DNA of 64,000 bases from Vicugna vicugna. Its lineage: Eukaryota. The stretch spans positions 433,622 to 497,621 of the forward strand of contig MU058384.1 in assembly GCA_013265495.1 (NCBI GenBank). Direction: 5' to 3'. The position numbers and the translations under genes were made by a program. Below are positions 51,590-64,000 of this stretch, piece after piece (position 1 is the stretch's first letter; each line of letters opens with the position of its first letter). The notes beneath the pieces are model-generated. The model saw only the letters and a list, made by a program, of their open reading frames with translations. It did not search any database and had not been told where the DNA came from.

Positions 51590-54330
51590 TTTTCTTCCCC
51601 TCATTACACAGTGAAATACAGACCTTAAGTGCAAAATTTTGTGAGTGTTGGTATGCAGGTAGCCTCATGTAAACCTACACTTCAGTCATGCTGTGGAATA
51701 ATGCACATCACCAGTGAAACTTGGCTTACATGTCTCCTTCCGGTTATTCCCAGCACAGCACTGGCAACCATTATCCTGATTTTTTTTTTTTCTCCCCATG
51801 ATGGATTTGTTCTGTCTGTTAACTTCATTTAAATGGAATAAACTTACATACATATGACTTGAGCTTCTGTCACTCAACGTAAGTTCTCTTTAGTGTCCAT
51901 GCATGTCATTGCATGTATCCATAGTTTATTCTCTTTTGTGGCTTAGTAGCATTGTATAGTAGGAATGCAATATGTTATTCACTTCCCTGTTGACCTTTCT
52001 TTTGGTTTTTTGTTTTTTGGGTTTTTTTTTTTAAATCATAAATGAAGCCTTTCATTAGCATAAGTATCTTTCTCTGGACATGTGTATTTCTAGATCTCTT
52101 GATTTAAATAGCTAAAAGAAGAATTACTAGATCATGAAGTATACATTTAACTTTAATAAAAATTAAAAAGCCAAATTGTTTTTCCCAGGTGACTGGACAA
52201 TTGTACGTTCTCAGAAGAGATTCATGAGAACTCAGGATTTTCCACATCCTTGCCAACACCAACATTTGGTGTTAATATTTCTGTCTCTCTCATTTTAGCC
52301 ATGCTAGTGTGTTTGAAATAGTATCTGACTGTAGTATTAATTTGCGTTCCCAGTAAATAACGATGGTGAGCACCCTTCCATGTACTTAATCATTTTTCAG
52401 GAATTGTCTTTTGGTCACATTTGATTAGTTTGTTGACCTTGCAATTACTGATAATCTGTATATATGTCTCTTGCCAGATAAATGTATTGCATGTAATTTC
52501 TTCCTCTCTTTGGCTTCTCTTTTTTAAAAAGAGTTATTAGATGAAGACATTTTAATTCTGATAGTATACTTTATATTTCCCTCAAGATTTGTGCTTTTAC
52601 CTACTGCCCAGATTGGAAAGATAGTCTTCTTAATTTCATATAGAATCTTTAGTATTTTAGATTTTATGTCTAGGCCTGTATCTAGTGTGAATTGATGTTT
52701 TATATGGTATAAATTGGGCATAAGGTCTGTGGTTTTTCTGTATGTGATTTCAGTTCCTCATACTCGTAATATTGTATTTTGAGCTTTCTCTTTATCTCTA
52801 CAACGGTCTTCTAAGCATTTCTTAACTTACATAACCCTTTCAAAAAAACAACTTTTAACTGACTTTATTCCATGTTTATTCTTTTTATTTTAATTGATTT
52901 TGGCTTTTATTTCCTTCCTTCTGTTCACTTTGGGCTTAATTATCTCACTTTCTAGTCTTGAGGTGGTATCATTTGTTAATAAGCCTTTGCTCCCCTAATA
53001 TGAGCATTTAAACTATAAATTTCTATACATGCACCACTTCAGCAGCAATCCACAACTTGTTTTAGTTTCATTTTCATTCTCTTCAAATCATTTACTAATT
53101 TCTCTTGTGATATTTCTTTGACCATTAGTTATTAATCAGTTATTGGCTTTCCAAATATCTAGATATTTTAATTAAATTCCACACTGGTCAGAGAATGTGT
53201 ACTATTAACTTTTGAGATATATTTTCGTATTTTATGGTCTAGCATATGATCTATCTTGATCATTGTCCATGTGAAATAACTGTGTGTTCTGCTCTTTTTT
53301 CAGATCTTCTATATCCTTAATAAATTTTGCCTAGTTGCTCTATCATTTTAAAAGGGTTGTTAAAACATCCAGCTACATGTGTGGATCTGTGTATGCCGCC
53401 TTTTATTTATGCCAGATTTTGCTTCCTGTGTTTTGACACTGTCATTAAGTGTGAAAATATTGTTATGCCTTACTGATGAATTGACCCTTTCATCATTATA
53501 AAATGTCCTCATTTCTCTCTGGTAATAGTCCCAGTCTCAAAGCCTATTTTGTCAGAAAATTATATAGCCACAGTAGCTTCCTTGTTCTTAAATGTTTACA
53601 CACTCTATCTTCTATCTTCTTGCTTTCAACATCTTTGTGCTTAGCATTAAAACTATGTTTCTTGTAGGCAGCATACAGCTATACATTACTTTGTTATTAT
53701 CCTGTCTTATCTGTATTCTAATTGGCGTCTTTATTTACATGCAGTGTAATTATTAATATGAGTATGTTTAATTCTACAGTCTTTCTACTTGTGATCTAGT
53801 TTTCCTGTCCGTTTTCTTTTCCCACTATTTCTCTTTTTCCGCTGCTTTTGGGTTTTTGAATATTTCCAGCATTCCATCTTACCTCTTTATTAGCCGTTAT
53901 AGTTATATATTTTGTACATTTTTAGTGTTCTTGAATATTAACTTATTCCAAACTAATTAGGGGTGACGATGTGCCAGTTCTTTTAAAATGTAAGAAACTT
54001 AAAGAGTAAAATCCCAATTGAACTCACATTGTTCTTTTGCTATTGAGGACAAATGTTTTGCATATTCATACATAATAAGATCTATTATAAAATATTTTAA
54101 AAATCCATATGATTTTGGTTTCCAAGTTATTTCCTTTCAGCCTGAAAAATTATTTTAAAATCCTAATGGTACATGCTTACTGAAGATGACTGCTTTCAAC
54201 TTTTGTCTAAAATGTATCTTTATTTGTCTTCATTTTTGTAGGTTATTTGTGATGGTGATGGAATTTGAGATTGCTTTTTTCCTTATGAATTTTGATATTA
54301 TTCAATTTTTAGCTTTCTGTGTTTCAGAAA
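51590..54330 (-). mobile_element. Old L1ME/L1MB: 3' UTR and ORF2 end (to about 52740), then ORF2 5' region
   Basis: 'ctggcaaccattatcctgat', 'ttccacatccttgccaacac', 'cattttagccatgctagtgtgt', 'gatgaattgaccctttcatcattataaaatgtcc'. Confidence 0.8.
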
Positions 54331-54349
54331 CATCAGCCACCAGATCAGC

Positions 54350-56660
54350 CATCATGATATTTCACATATAGGAGATAGTACAGTATTTGACTTTCTCTGA
54401 TTTATTCCACTTAGCATAATACTCTCGAGGTTAATCTATGTTGTCCTAAATGGGAAGATTTCATTCATTATGGCTGAATAATAGTCTATTGTGCATACAC
54501 ACACACACATATATACATATATATACACACACATATATAAAATCATATTTTCTTTATCTATTTACCTGTCATATATACTTAGTTTCCATATCTTGACTAC
54601 TATAGTTAATGCTGTAATCAACATGAGGGTGTGCATATCTTTTCAAATTAGTGTTATTTTCTGCAGATCAATACCCAGAAGTGGAATTGCTGAATCATAC
54701 AGTAGTTCTATTTTTGATTTTTAAGAAATCTCCATGCTGTTTTCCCTAGTGGCTGCATCAATTTACATTCCCACCAACAGTGCACAAGGGTTCCCTCTTC
54801 TCCACATCTTTATCAACACTTGTTTCTAGTCTTTTTGGTAATAGCTGTTCTAGTAGATGTGAGGTACTGTACATTTCCCTGATGACTAATGATGTAGAGC
54901 ATCTTTTCATGTACCTGCTGGCCATCAGTATGTCTTTAGAGAAATACTTGTTCCAATCTTCACCCATATTTTAGCTAGATTTTTTTTTTTTTTGCTGTCG
55001 AATTGTATGAGTTCTTTACTTATTTGGGATATTAGCCCCTTCTCAGATGTATGATCTACAAATAACTTTTTCATTCAATAGGTTGCTTTTGATTATTTTT
55101 TTTTTCCTTTGCTGTGCAGAAGCTTTTTAGTTTGATGTAGTCCCACTCATTTGCTTTTGCTTTTGTTGCTTTGGGTTTGGGTGTCAGATTAAAAAAAAAA
55201 AAATCACCAAATCCTATGAGAAGGAGCTTACTGCCTGTATTTTCTTCCAGTTCTGTGGTTTCAGGTCTCATGTTCAAGTCAATAATCCATTTGAAGTTAA
55301 ATTTTTTTTGTGTATAGTGTTAGATAGTGGTCTAGTTTCATTCTTCTGCATGTTGCTAACCAGTATTCCCAAGACGATTTATTGGAGAGTGTTTTTTCCC
55401 TGTTGAGTATTCTTGGCTCTTTTGTCATAAATTAATCATATATGCTTGTATTTGGTTCTCTGTGATATTGATAATCTCTGTGTATATTTTTATGTTAGTA
55501 CCACATAGAGAGTGTGATGCCTCCAGCTTTGTTCTTAAGATAGTTTTGGCTATTTAGAGTCTTTTGTATTTCCATAAAATTTTTGAACTGTTTATTCAAT
55601 TTATCTGAAAACTGCCATCTGAATTTTGATAGAGAGTGCATTGAATCTATACATTGCTTTTGGTAGTATGGACATTGTAGCAATATTTGTCCAATTCATG
55701 AGCAGGAATATCTTCCCATTTATTTGTGTCTTCAATTTTTTCAACAATGTCTTAACAGTTTTCAATATACAGGTTTTCAACTCCTTGGTTAAATTTATTC
55801 CTAGGTGTATTTTATCCTCTTTGATGCTACTGTAAATGAGGTTGTTTTCTTAATTTCTTTCTACTAGTTTATAATTAGTTTGTAAAAATGCAACAGATTT
55901 CTGTTTGTTGATGTTGTATCCTACAACTTTACTTTGTTAGTTCTAACTTTTTTTTTGATGGCATCTTTAGGTTCCTTGTTCCTAATATAAAAGAGAAAGC
56001 TTTCAGCTTCTCCCTGAGTATGAAATTAGCTGTGGGTTTGTCATATATGGGCTTCATTATGTCGGGGTATGTTCCCTTATGTCCACTTTGTTGAAAGTTT
56101 TAATCACAAATGGGTGGGGAAATTTGTCATTCTTTTTAAGCATCTGTTGAGATGATAAGACTTTTATCCTTCCTTTTGTTAATGTGGTGTATCATATTGA
56201 CTGATTTGTGGATGTTGATCCATCCTTGTATTCCTGAAATGAATTGCCCTTGAACATGTTCTCTGATTCTTTTTATGTATTGAATTCAGTTTGCTGATAT
56301 TTTGGATTTTTGCATTTATGTTCATCAGGAATATTGGCCTGTAATTTTTCTTTTCTTGTGGCATCCTTGTCTGATTTTTATATCAGGGTAATGCTGGATT
56401 CATAATGTGTTTAGAAGTGTACCCTTCTCTCTTCATTTTTGGAGGAGTTTCAGAAGGATTGGTATACTTTGCATGGTTGGTAGAATTCACCAGTGGAGCT
56501 GTCTGGTCCTAGATTTTGTTCGAATCTGTAATCAAAAACCTCCCACAACCTCTTTACTAGTAATTGGTCTAGATTACTAGATTTTCTGTTTCATCATGAT
56601 TCAGTTTTGGTAGGTCATATATTTCTAGGAATTTATTCATCTAGGTTGTACAACTTGTTT
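54350..56660 (-). mobile_element. L1MA-type ORF2 (RT to C-terminus) and partial 3' UTR, degenerate
   Basis: ORF2p remnants: KKNYRPIFLMNINAKI (56179-56364), KNKAGGITL (55495-55683), [14 protein letters not shown] (55071-55277), [13 protein letters not shown]...[16 protein letters not shown] (54758-54967). Confidence 0.92.
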
Positions 56661-56874
56661 CATTAATATATTTTATAGAGAATTATATTTTTTAGCTCCC
56701 AGCTGATATTCTATTTTCTGATTATAAAATATTGCTGATAATGATTTAATATAAATATGATTGGATATGCTATTAATGTACAAATGATTGTACATTATAG
56801 TCTCATTTTTCAGAGTCTATGACCACCTAGTCACTAAACTAGACACTTGATATCTTATGCAAGTTTTTTTAAAA

Positions 56875-57012
56875 TTTATGCCTAAATTATCTATAAAACA
56901 AGGTTAAACACAATCCCTACTTTATTGAGTTTCTGAGGATTTAACAGTGAAATTCATGCAAAGTCATTTGAATAGAGCTTGACGCATAAGTACACATGAA
57001 TTATTCATTATT
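56875..57012 (+). mobile_element. MIR fragment
   Basis: 'tatctataaaacaagg...ctactttattgagtttctgaggatttaacagtgaaattcatgcaaagtcattt'. Confidence 0.65.
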
Positions 57013-57569
57013 TAAAGTTTATTACTTAGGTCTTAACAACCCTTGTGAATAGCAACCTTTTTATCCCTGTCATCCCCTCCTCCATAAATACCTGACTCAG
57101 ATTATTTACCATTTATTTCCTAGCAAATGTCTGTCCATTTTAAACTTAGCCTTTTATAAAGTAAAACTATACCCCATCCTCCATCTGTAAACAATATTTT
57201 GATTTCTATGTACTAATGCTGTATTTATATGATGACTTGTGTCAATAGGATTTCTCTTCCTTCCCCATACCTTCCCATTCCTCATGTCAATTCAGCTCAT
57301 ATTTTACATCAACTTTTATTTTTTTCCTGTTAGCATTCTTGTTAGCTCTTAGTGTCCTGTTACTGGGAACGAACAATAAATTTCTTTTTTGGTAACTTCC
57401 ATTCTCTGCAGATGTGGGAGTCTCCCAAAACTCCAAATTCATGTTTAAAAGATATTATTCAGTATGTTCCCCATTGGTTGAAGGATCATGTCTGCACTCC
57501 CTATTCTAGCATTCAATCACCAAAAACTCCAGAAAAACTTAAGAGGAATTATCTAGCAATGATTTAATG

Positions 57570-57945
57570 TAACAGTTAACATTTGTAAGTGATTATTACA
57601 TATTTATCATAGAAATCCAGGGAAATGTAGACTATTAATATCTGCATTTCATATTGAAGGAAGAGGGCTAGACAGTCTACATAGTGTTTAATGACATAGA
57701 TTTTGCTGCTTAATTCCCTTGTGACTCAGTTTCTTTATTTATAATAGAGTAGAAGATAATTACACCTATGTAAGTTTTTTGTCAGAACTAAGTAAATTAG
57801 TATATGCAGTATGCCTTGAATTGTGCCTCATATTCATTAACTTTTCAGTAAGTGGTAGCTCTTACTGTTTTTGGAGATAAGTAACTGACATAAATGGGAG
57901 GTGAGATAGGGAACCCAGAAGCCTGACCCAGGGACCACCATTGTC
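57570..57945. mobile_element. Two MIR fragments in opposite orientation, apparently nested
   Basis: Antisense 'actattaatatctgcatttcatattgaagg' ... 'gagataagtaactgac' flanks the sense core 'gactcagtttctttatttataatagag'. Confidence 0.55.
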
Positions 57946-58173
57946 CATTTTTATTTAATCTTTTTAGGAATTAAGCATTAATATGGTCCATTATACTCTA
58001 CTCACTCCCTCAGAAGGACTGCCACACAACGATCCAGGGTTTCTTTTTTTTTTTTCCCACACATTACCTCCTAAACATCCCCTAAGGAAAACATTCAACT
58101 TAAGAACATTTATTTTTTGAACCCACAGTAAACTTTTCTACCTCCTTTCACTTGAGTGATACTTACTCAACTC

Positions 58174-58214
58174 TTTTTTTTTTTTAAGTGAAATATAGTT
58201 GATTTACAGTGTTG
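58174..58214 (-). mobile_element. Extremely truncated L1 3' terminus
   Basis: Poly(T) followed by 'aagtgaaatatagttgatttacagtgttgt', resembling the L1 3' end seen at 20077-20110. Confidence 0.6.
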
Positions 58215-61200
58215 TTACTTCAAGATTCTGCCTGTAACTCTTCCATGGAGTCTTCTTATAATGTATTTTTCTCATGTAGCTGTATACTTTACTTCATCTT
58301 CAATTTTGAATAATCATCTCAAAAAGCATGCAGTCAATACGTGTGAGTTCCTTTCCCCTCTTTATAGTCCCTAGTAATGTCCATTTATTTTAAAATCTAT
58401 GATACTTTGTGTTTCTGTTTCTTTATGGATATGCTACATTTAAACTTTAGCAAGTTGTGTGCCTACATGTGATTATAATACAACTCAACTGACAACAACA
58501 TGTTGAAGTCAGTGACTTTTTCTACTTTTATCATCTATTGTACTTTGTATAGTGGTGCCCACATATATTCAGGTATTTTTGGCTAAATTGACAACTAAAG
58601 TATTGATTTGGTTATGCATTAATTCTTAGAGGATTTTCACATTATATCATTTAACCAATAATTCTGTTTAAAATGTTTAGAATCAGATATACTTTATTAC
58701 ATTTTTCTGATGTAATATGTGAAGAAATAAAAGCAAATAGCATATTATGTAGTCATACAATGAACTAAAGTATTTAAAAACCTAATACACTAAATCAAGT
58801 TTCTGTAGATAATGTTAACATTTCCTGAGTTAGACACAAGAGATATATCTTACTAGTGATTTTATGAAACATGCATTCAAATATTACTGTTACTTAGCAA
58901 CTGATTTACATTCAATCCCTGAATTATGAAACTTTGCCAAATCATAATTTCTACTAGAGACATAACTTGAATTTCCCATTAAAATGATACTTAATTTTAA
59001 ACTAATATTAATTATTATTAATGCTTAATTCCTAAAAAGTAAAATAAAAATGGACAGACTTATCTCTCCCTACTCAAACAAGCAAACAAACAACAAAAAA
59101 ACACTAGCTGTCTTGACTGCCCTACTTGGATACATCTCTTACATATCAAATCCTTGGCAGCTCTTGTAAAGAATTCATTCCTAGAGCTTGCTCATGCTGC
59201 CAAAAAATACGTTCTTGTCTTTGAAAAATAGAATCATGTTAAAGAATGTGATTTTTAAATATTTGATAAAAAAGAGAAGCATCTGGCATGGATCCAAATT
59301 AGTATTTTATAAAAGTCAACTCATTTAGAAAAGAACAGTGAAATCCTGCCAAATAGGGAGTAAACCCCGTAGCACAGGATAGTTTCTACTTGAGTGAAAG
59401 TCCTCCTTTTTCTCCTAAGTCTAATCTTTTCAAGTTCTCTATCTTTCTGAAACTTACGTCTGGTGAAAAGATAAATAAACAAAAACTAACACTTTTTAGT
59501 AAGGAGAGTATCGAAACAATGAGAGATAATGATCCAGACATTATGTATATTAAGGAAACAGTGAAAACATGACCTTTGTGCTAGACACTTAAGTGTTGAT
59601 ACTTGGGTAAACAAAAATAGCAGGCCCGCAGATGGAAGAAATGTAAATAACATTTTATTTTTTAAAATGTGTTTTATCTAGAATATTTAATATAGAAATC
59701 AAGACAAATATATATTCATGCATTTAATAGAAAGTTATTTGGCAGCCTTTTTAAAAAAATATTCACGCTATATTTATGTATTTACAATCATTTTAGACGT
59801 AATTTGCAGTTTTGACTTTAACAAGTCATTTTTTGGGGAATGTCTTCCTAAGTGATTTCTAATGCATTAGAGCCGGCAGGTCTCCCAGCACAGAAACAAA
59901 ACACAAGTAAACAAAAGATCTTTATTGCTGAAAATGAGTAAAACCACATATAGACTCATTTTCGATTAAAACTTTGTTTCTCATTCGTAAAATAATCTGT
60001 CTCACTATATCTATGAACCTCACGTAGAATCAGTATTTAAAAATATCTACGGAGTGGGTGACAAATTAATGATTTTACAAGTATTTCTTTCCCAGTCCAG
60101 CTATCAGTTTCCTTGCCATCATTCAAAACACTGGCAAATCAATAAGAATGTGCATTTTCCTCTAGTGATATTGTAGCAAAACAGTGAAACTGATTTTAAC
60201 AACTGATATTTTTCAAATTGAGGAAAGCAAAAGGAGATGAAGAAGAAAGTTGATAAAATATTGAAACAAAATTAGATGAAAACTAAAATGTGTATGTTAG
60301 GCCAAAAATTACAATTAAAACTTGTCCTCCAAAAAATAAAAATGAGACAGGAGTTGCCAAACATATCACTTTATCAAGGAAAAGGAGCAAAAGCATAATA
60401 TTGTCCACAAAATTAAATTTGGGGGAAGTATCACAGGTATGAAGTCAAAATAATGCAAAATAACTTTTAATTAAAATACTTTCTAGGAAAATACACAGTA
60501 CCAAAATGACCCTAAAAACAAGAGATTCTTGAAACAAAAAATTACCTTGAAAGAAATTGAAAATTTAGTTGGAGTTAATTTTAAAAAGCATTGGCCTAAA
60601 TGTTTATATAGAGTAATTCTTTCAAAAATGGAGACACCAAATGACTTCATCATTCTTCAGCTGGCCACAGGTAATAGAGGGTTTGATGTGGAAGGGAGAT
60701 TAGCTTACTGTAGTCCTTTAAGTGCTATTTGAAATGTTTAGTTTTTCATTAAAATGTAGTATAAACATCTTAAAATTATCAAATAGCAAATAGCTACTGT
60801 TGTATTCCATCTTTAGGACCTGTAGTAGCAAACTTAGTAAACTTAAAATAGTCATCCTGATACTATAATTTTTAGGAACTTGAAAATGCTTTCTGTAAAG
60901 ATCAAGTGATTCAAGATCAACAGTGTATCTCTCAAAATCTATCAACTGTATACTTTAGCCTAGTATTCCAGTTGAAATTAGGTATTCTAACTAAATGTTA
61001 TAGTATATTTGTAGCAACAACTTTAAGTGCAAAAACCTTAAGTACCTAACAGAGGTAAAATGATTATAAGCATTTTATTTAGGCAGTGCCATAGACAACC
61101 TTCAAAGTTTGTTCACAGTTCACTTTTAATAACTGGGTAGAAGTTTTGCTAGACAATTATGAGTAGAAAAGAGCAGAGTAAATATGTCCAAAGTGTGGTG

Positions 61201-61884
61201 AATACACTTTTATCTGAATAGGAAAAATATGGACTGGAAAAGAGAACTCTGTCTATGATCACATTTAGATGTGGAAGATAATTATTGTGCTTGCTTTTTG
61301 TACTTCCCAAATTGTGTAAATTATGTTACTGTTACAGTCAGTTGTTGGGTTTTATTTTTAGGATTAATATTTCTGTTTAAATTAACCATATCAATTAGGA
61401 TAAACTGCATGAAATAATGTACTACTTGGAATTAACATATGAATGTTTATATGCAAGGTTATACGTACCTGCAGTTAGCTGGTCAACACTTTTACTATAA
61501 ATATATATGTATTGAGATAGTTGGCTTAGTTAACCTATTTGGTCTTGGTGTTAATTTTCTACTGAAAATTCATAGTTACATTAACACCAAGCATAAGTCA
61601 TTTCATAGCTCTATCATAATGGACTCTTAGTTTCTCAGTGAGGTAAGGAAGTGCTGTTATGAGACTAAAAAACGGTATCAAAGAAATTTTCCAGTTTTCC
61701 AAAGTTGTATTCAGTTTATCATATTTAAGCCCACTTGCTTAAAAAATTACAGATATTCCTTTAAAATATTTTTATAAATCGTAAAATTTAACTGAAAATT
61801 CTTTAGTTGACTTATAGGCAATTATATGAAAAATTATTAGAAAAGTAAAAAAAAAATTTACCCGAAACAACATTGTGAGAAAAC

Positions 61885-62770
61885 GTAATTTTTTTAATTA
61901 AAATAACATAGGGATAGAAAGATACATGAACCCTAAATGTACAACAAAGACAATATCACCAAGTGGATCCATCCATTTATTTACTACCTGAGTCAAAAAA
62001 AAATTTTTTTGCTAGCATACCAGAAACCCTTATGACCTACAAAACCATTCCTGCCTACTCCTCCCTAGAGGTAATCCTGATTTCTAGCACTGTAGATTAA
62101 CTTTAGCAGGTTTTTAATTTTTATGTAACTGCTATATTGTATAGATTCTTCTGTATCTGGCATCTTTGCCTCAATATTGTTTATAAGAGTTATACATGGC
62201 ATTACAAATAGCTATATATCATTATTTTAGCTTTTAGCGTATTCTATGTTGTGAATATGCTGCAGTTTATCTACTTGCAGTTATTCCAGGGTTGATAGAT
62301 ATTTAGTTTGTTTCATGTGTAATGCAGAAGTTTCTTCAAAAAATGTCTCTTGCTGCACACGTGCATGCATAATATATATGAAATTTCTGTGTCATAAATA
62401 TGCATTCATTCAAATTTAGTAGACAACATGAAACAGTTTTCCAATATGACAGTATTAATTTATATGCTAACAGTCTATGAGAGTTCCAGGTTATCCATTT
62501 CAGGTTTTCCATATCCTTAGCTACATTTGGTATTAAGACTTGAGTTGTAGCCATGTTAGTTGACTGTAGTGGTATCTTTTGTGTTAGTTTGTATTGCTTT
62601 GAGACTAAGGGAGTTGAACAACTTTTGCCATTTTTGAAGTGTCTGGTTAAGTCCGCTAGCCCTTTTAAAGTTGATTATATTAATTGATTTGTAGGACCCC
62701 TTGATGTACTATGGATACAGGTTAACTTTTGAAGTTGTGATTATCTTTAACTTTTTGAAATTTTTTCACT
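61885..62770 (-). mobile_element. L1ME-type 3' region
   Basis: 'cctccctagaggtaatcctgatttctagcactgtagatta', 'ttctgtatctggcatctttgcctcaata', 'cagtctatgagagttccag'. Confidence 0.75.
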
Positions 62771-64000
62771 TTTTGTTTTGTTGACAAATAGTTATTCCTT
62801 AATTCTGATTTAACTGCTCTAGTTTCTCTTTGATGCCTTTGTGCAGAATTTAATATTTTGTCTATCTTTCCTAGTTGTTCTTACTGAGAGAGTTGGTCTC
62901 AATTACCCTGTTGACTACGACCACTATGAGTGTTTTTTAAAGTATAATTCCCTAGGTCCACATGAATATTGTGTCATCCTAATATTTCTTTCGGTATATA
63001 GATTTCATGACACATTCTGATCTTTCCTAGTTACTTGATAGTGGAAAACATCTTCTTAGAACAGAAAGAAAACAAAGTGGAGAAATAAAAGAAAATCAAA
63101 TGCATGTCAAAAACCAGATGATACCATTTTAGCTTGTATAAAGTACTATTTATAAATATCAGAATATTAAAAAAATAAGTTCCTATGTGTTAACATTGGT
63201 ATAGAAAAACATGACAAGAAACTTAATATTCAAAAGAAGGTATTTTGATTACATAAACTGTGTAAATCCATCTTTTTTACTTCATGCCAATCCTTGTCCC
63301 TAATGATACTTGATTTTAATGAGCTGGATCTCCTTCAATGGCTGTCTTCAGTCCCTCTCCATTTCTTCACGTACCTTTAGATCCAGGGTGCTGGTGGAGA
63401 GACTCTGATTAATTTCCTCAGTAATAATAACATGGCTAACATTTCAAAGAAATCTCAATACTGATTAAAATATTTTGAAGGCTAACAATTATACAGCACA
63501 AGAAGAAAGCCACCAGGAAGGCACTGAGGCTGTGATGTGTGTTTGCTGATTACTATGAGAGGTTAATAGAGGGGAGCGGAGAGCTGGAGCAAGGAAGTCT
63601 GACTGCACTCCCAGGATAAAACCTAAAATCCTCTCAAGAGTCAGACTTCTGTGTATCCTAGAGACTAACTGACGCCACTACAGGCTTCTGAAAAATGAAT
63701 CTTACTAAGAATTTGACAGACTTCTGAAGGGTTATTAAAGTCAATTGAGGACAAAGCTTTAGGGGCTGTTCTGAAGTTTTTCAAGGGTGTTTATGCACAC
63801 ACACACACTCAGGCAAAGTTGTTTTTTAATTAGTTTTCGTTTAAATGTAATATGCCTAACAGTGTTCATCGATGAGATATTCCTAACAAAATAATGCTAA
63901 ACAATCCTTATTCTAGGATACTGCATTTATGAAGTGTGACACTATTCAGTACCTTTTCACACAATTTGAGCTCACCACAAGCTTTTTATCTTTGGTCTGT

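Noticed and set aside
1..64000. ORF-track entries as protein-coding genes
   Set aside because: All are 128 aa or shorter, many use non-ATG starts, and none resembles a cellular protein. The recognisable ones are broken L1 ORF1/ORF2 pieces.
1..64000. Prokaryote-type systems (CRISPR array, operon, defence island) or a novel multi-gene system
   Set aside because: The DNA is mammalian and repeat-rich. I saw no repeat-spacer array and no gene-dense region.

Overview
AT-rich, CpG-poor mammalian genomic DNA, intergenic or deep intronic. There is no CpG island and no credible protein-coding gene: the ORF track holds chance ORFs plus frameshifted LINE-1 ORF1/ORF2 remnants. Much of the window is decayed interspersed repeat (old L1M-type LINEs, L2, CR1/L3, MIR, MaLR/ERVL solo LTRs, MER58). 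A tRNA-Ala-like SINE at 34911-35142 resembles the camelid Vic-1 family, which suggests camel/alpaca/llama. I found no evidence for a new biological system. The notable sequence-level observations are: (1) an L1 insertion at 19991-20752 with an 18-bp TSD, a twin-priming 5' inversion, a probable 3' transduction and a nested 20-bp retro-insertion; (2) a ~100-nt near-perfect hairpin at 27479-27580; (3) a repeat-free TEAD/E-box motif cluster at 25.2-26.75 kb that looks like an enhancer; (4) a 27-bp micro-inversion inside L1 ORF2; (5) a candidate non-coding minus-strand exon at 658-771. Repeat subfamily names come from recalled consensus motifs, not a database search. Repeat boundaries are approximate unless a TSD is given.
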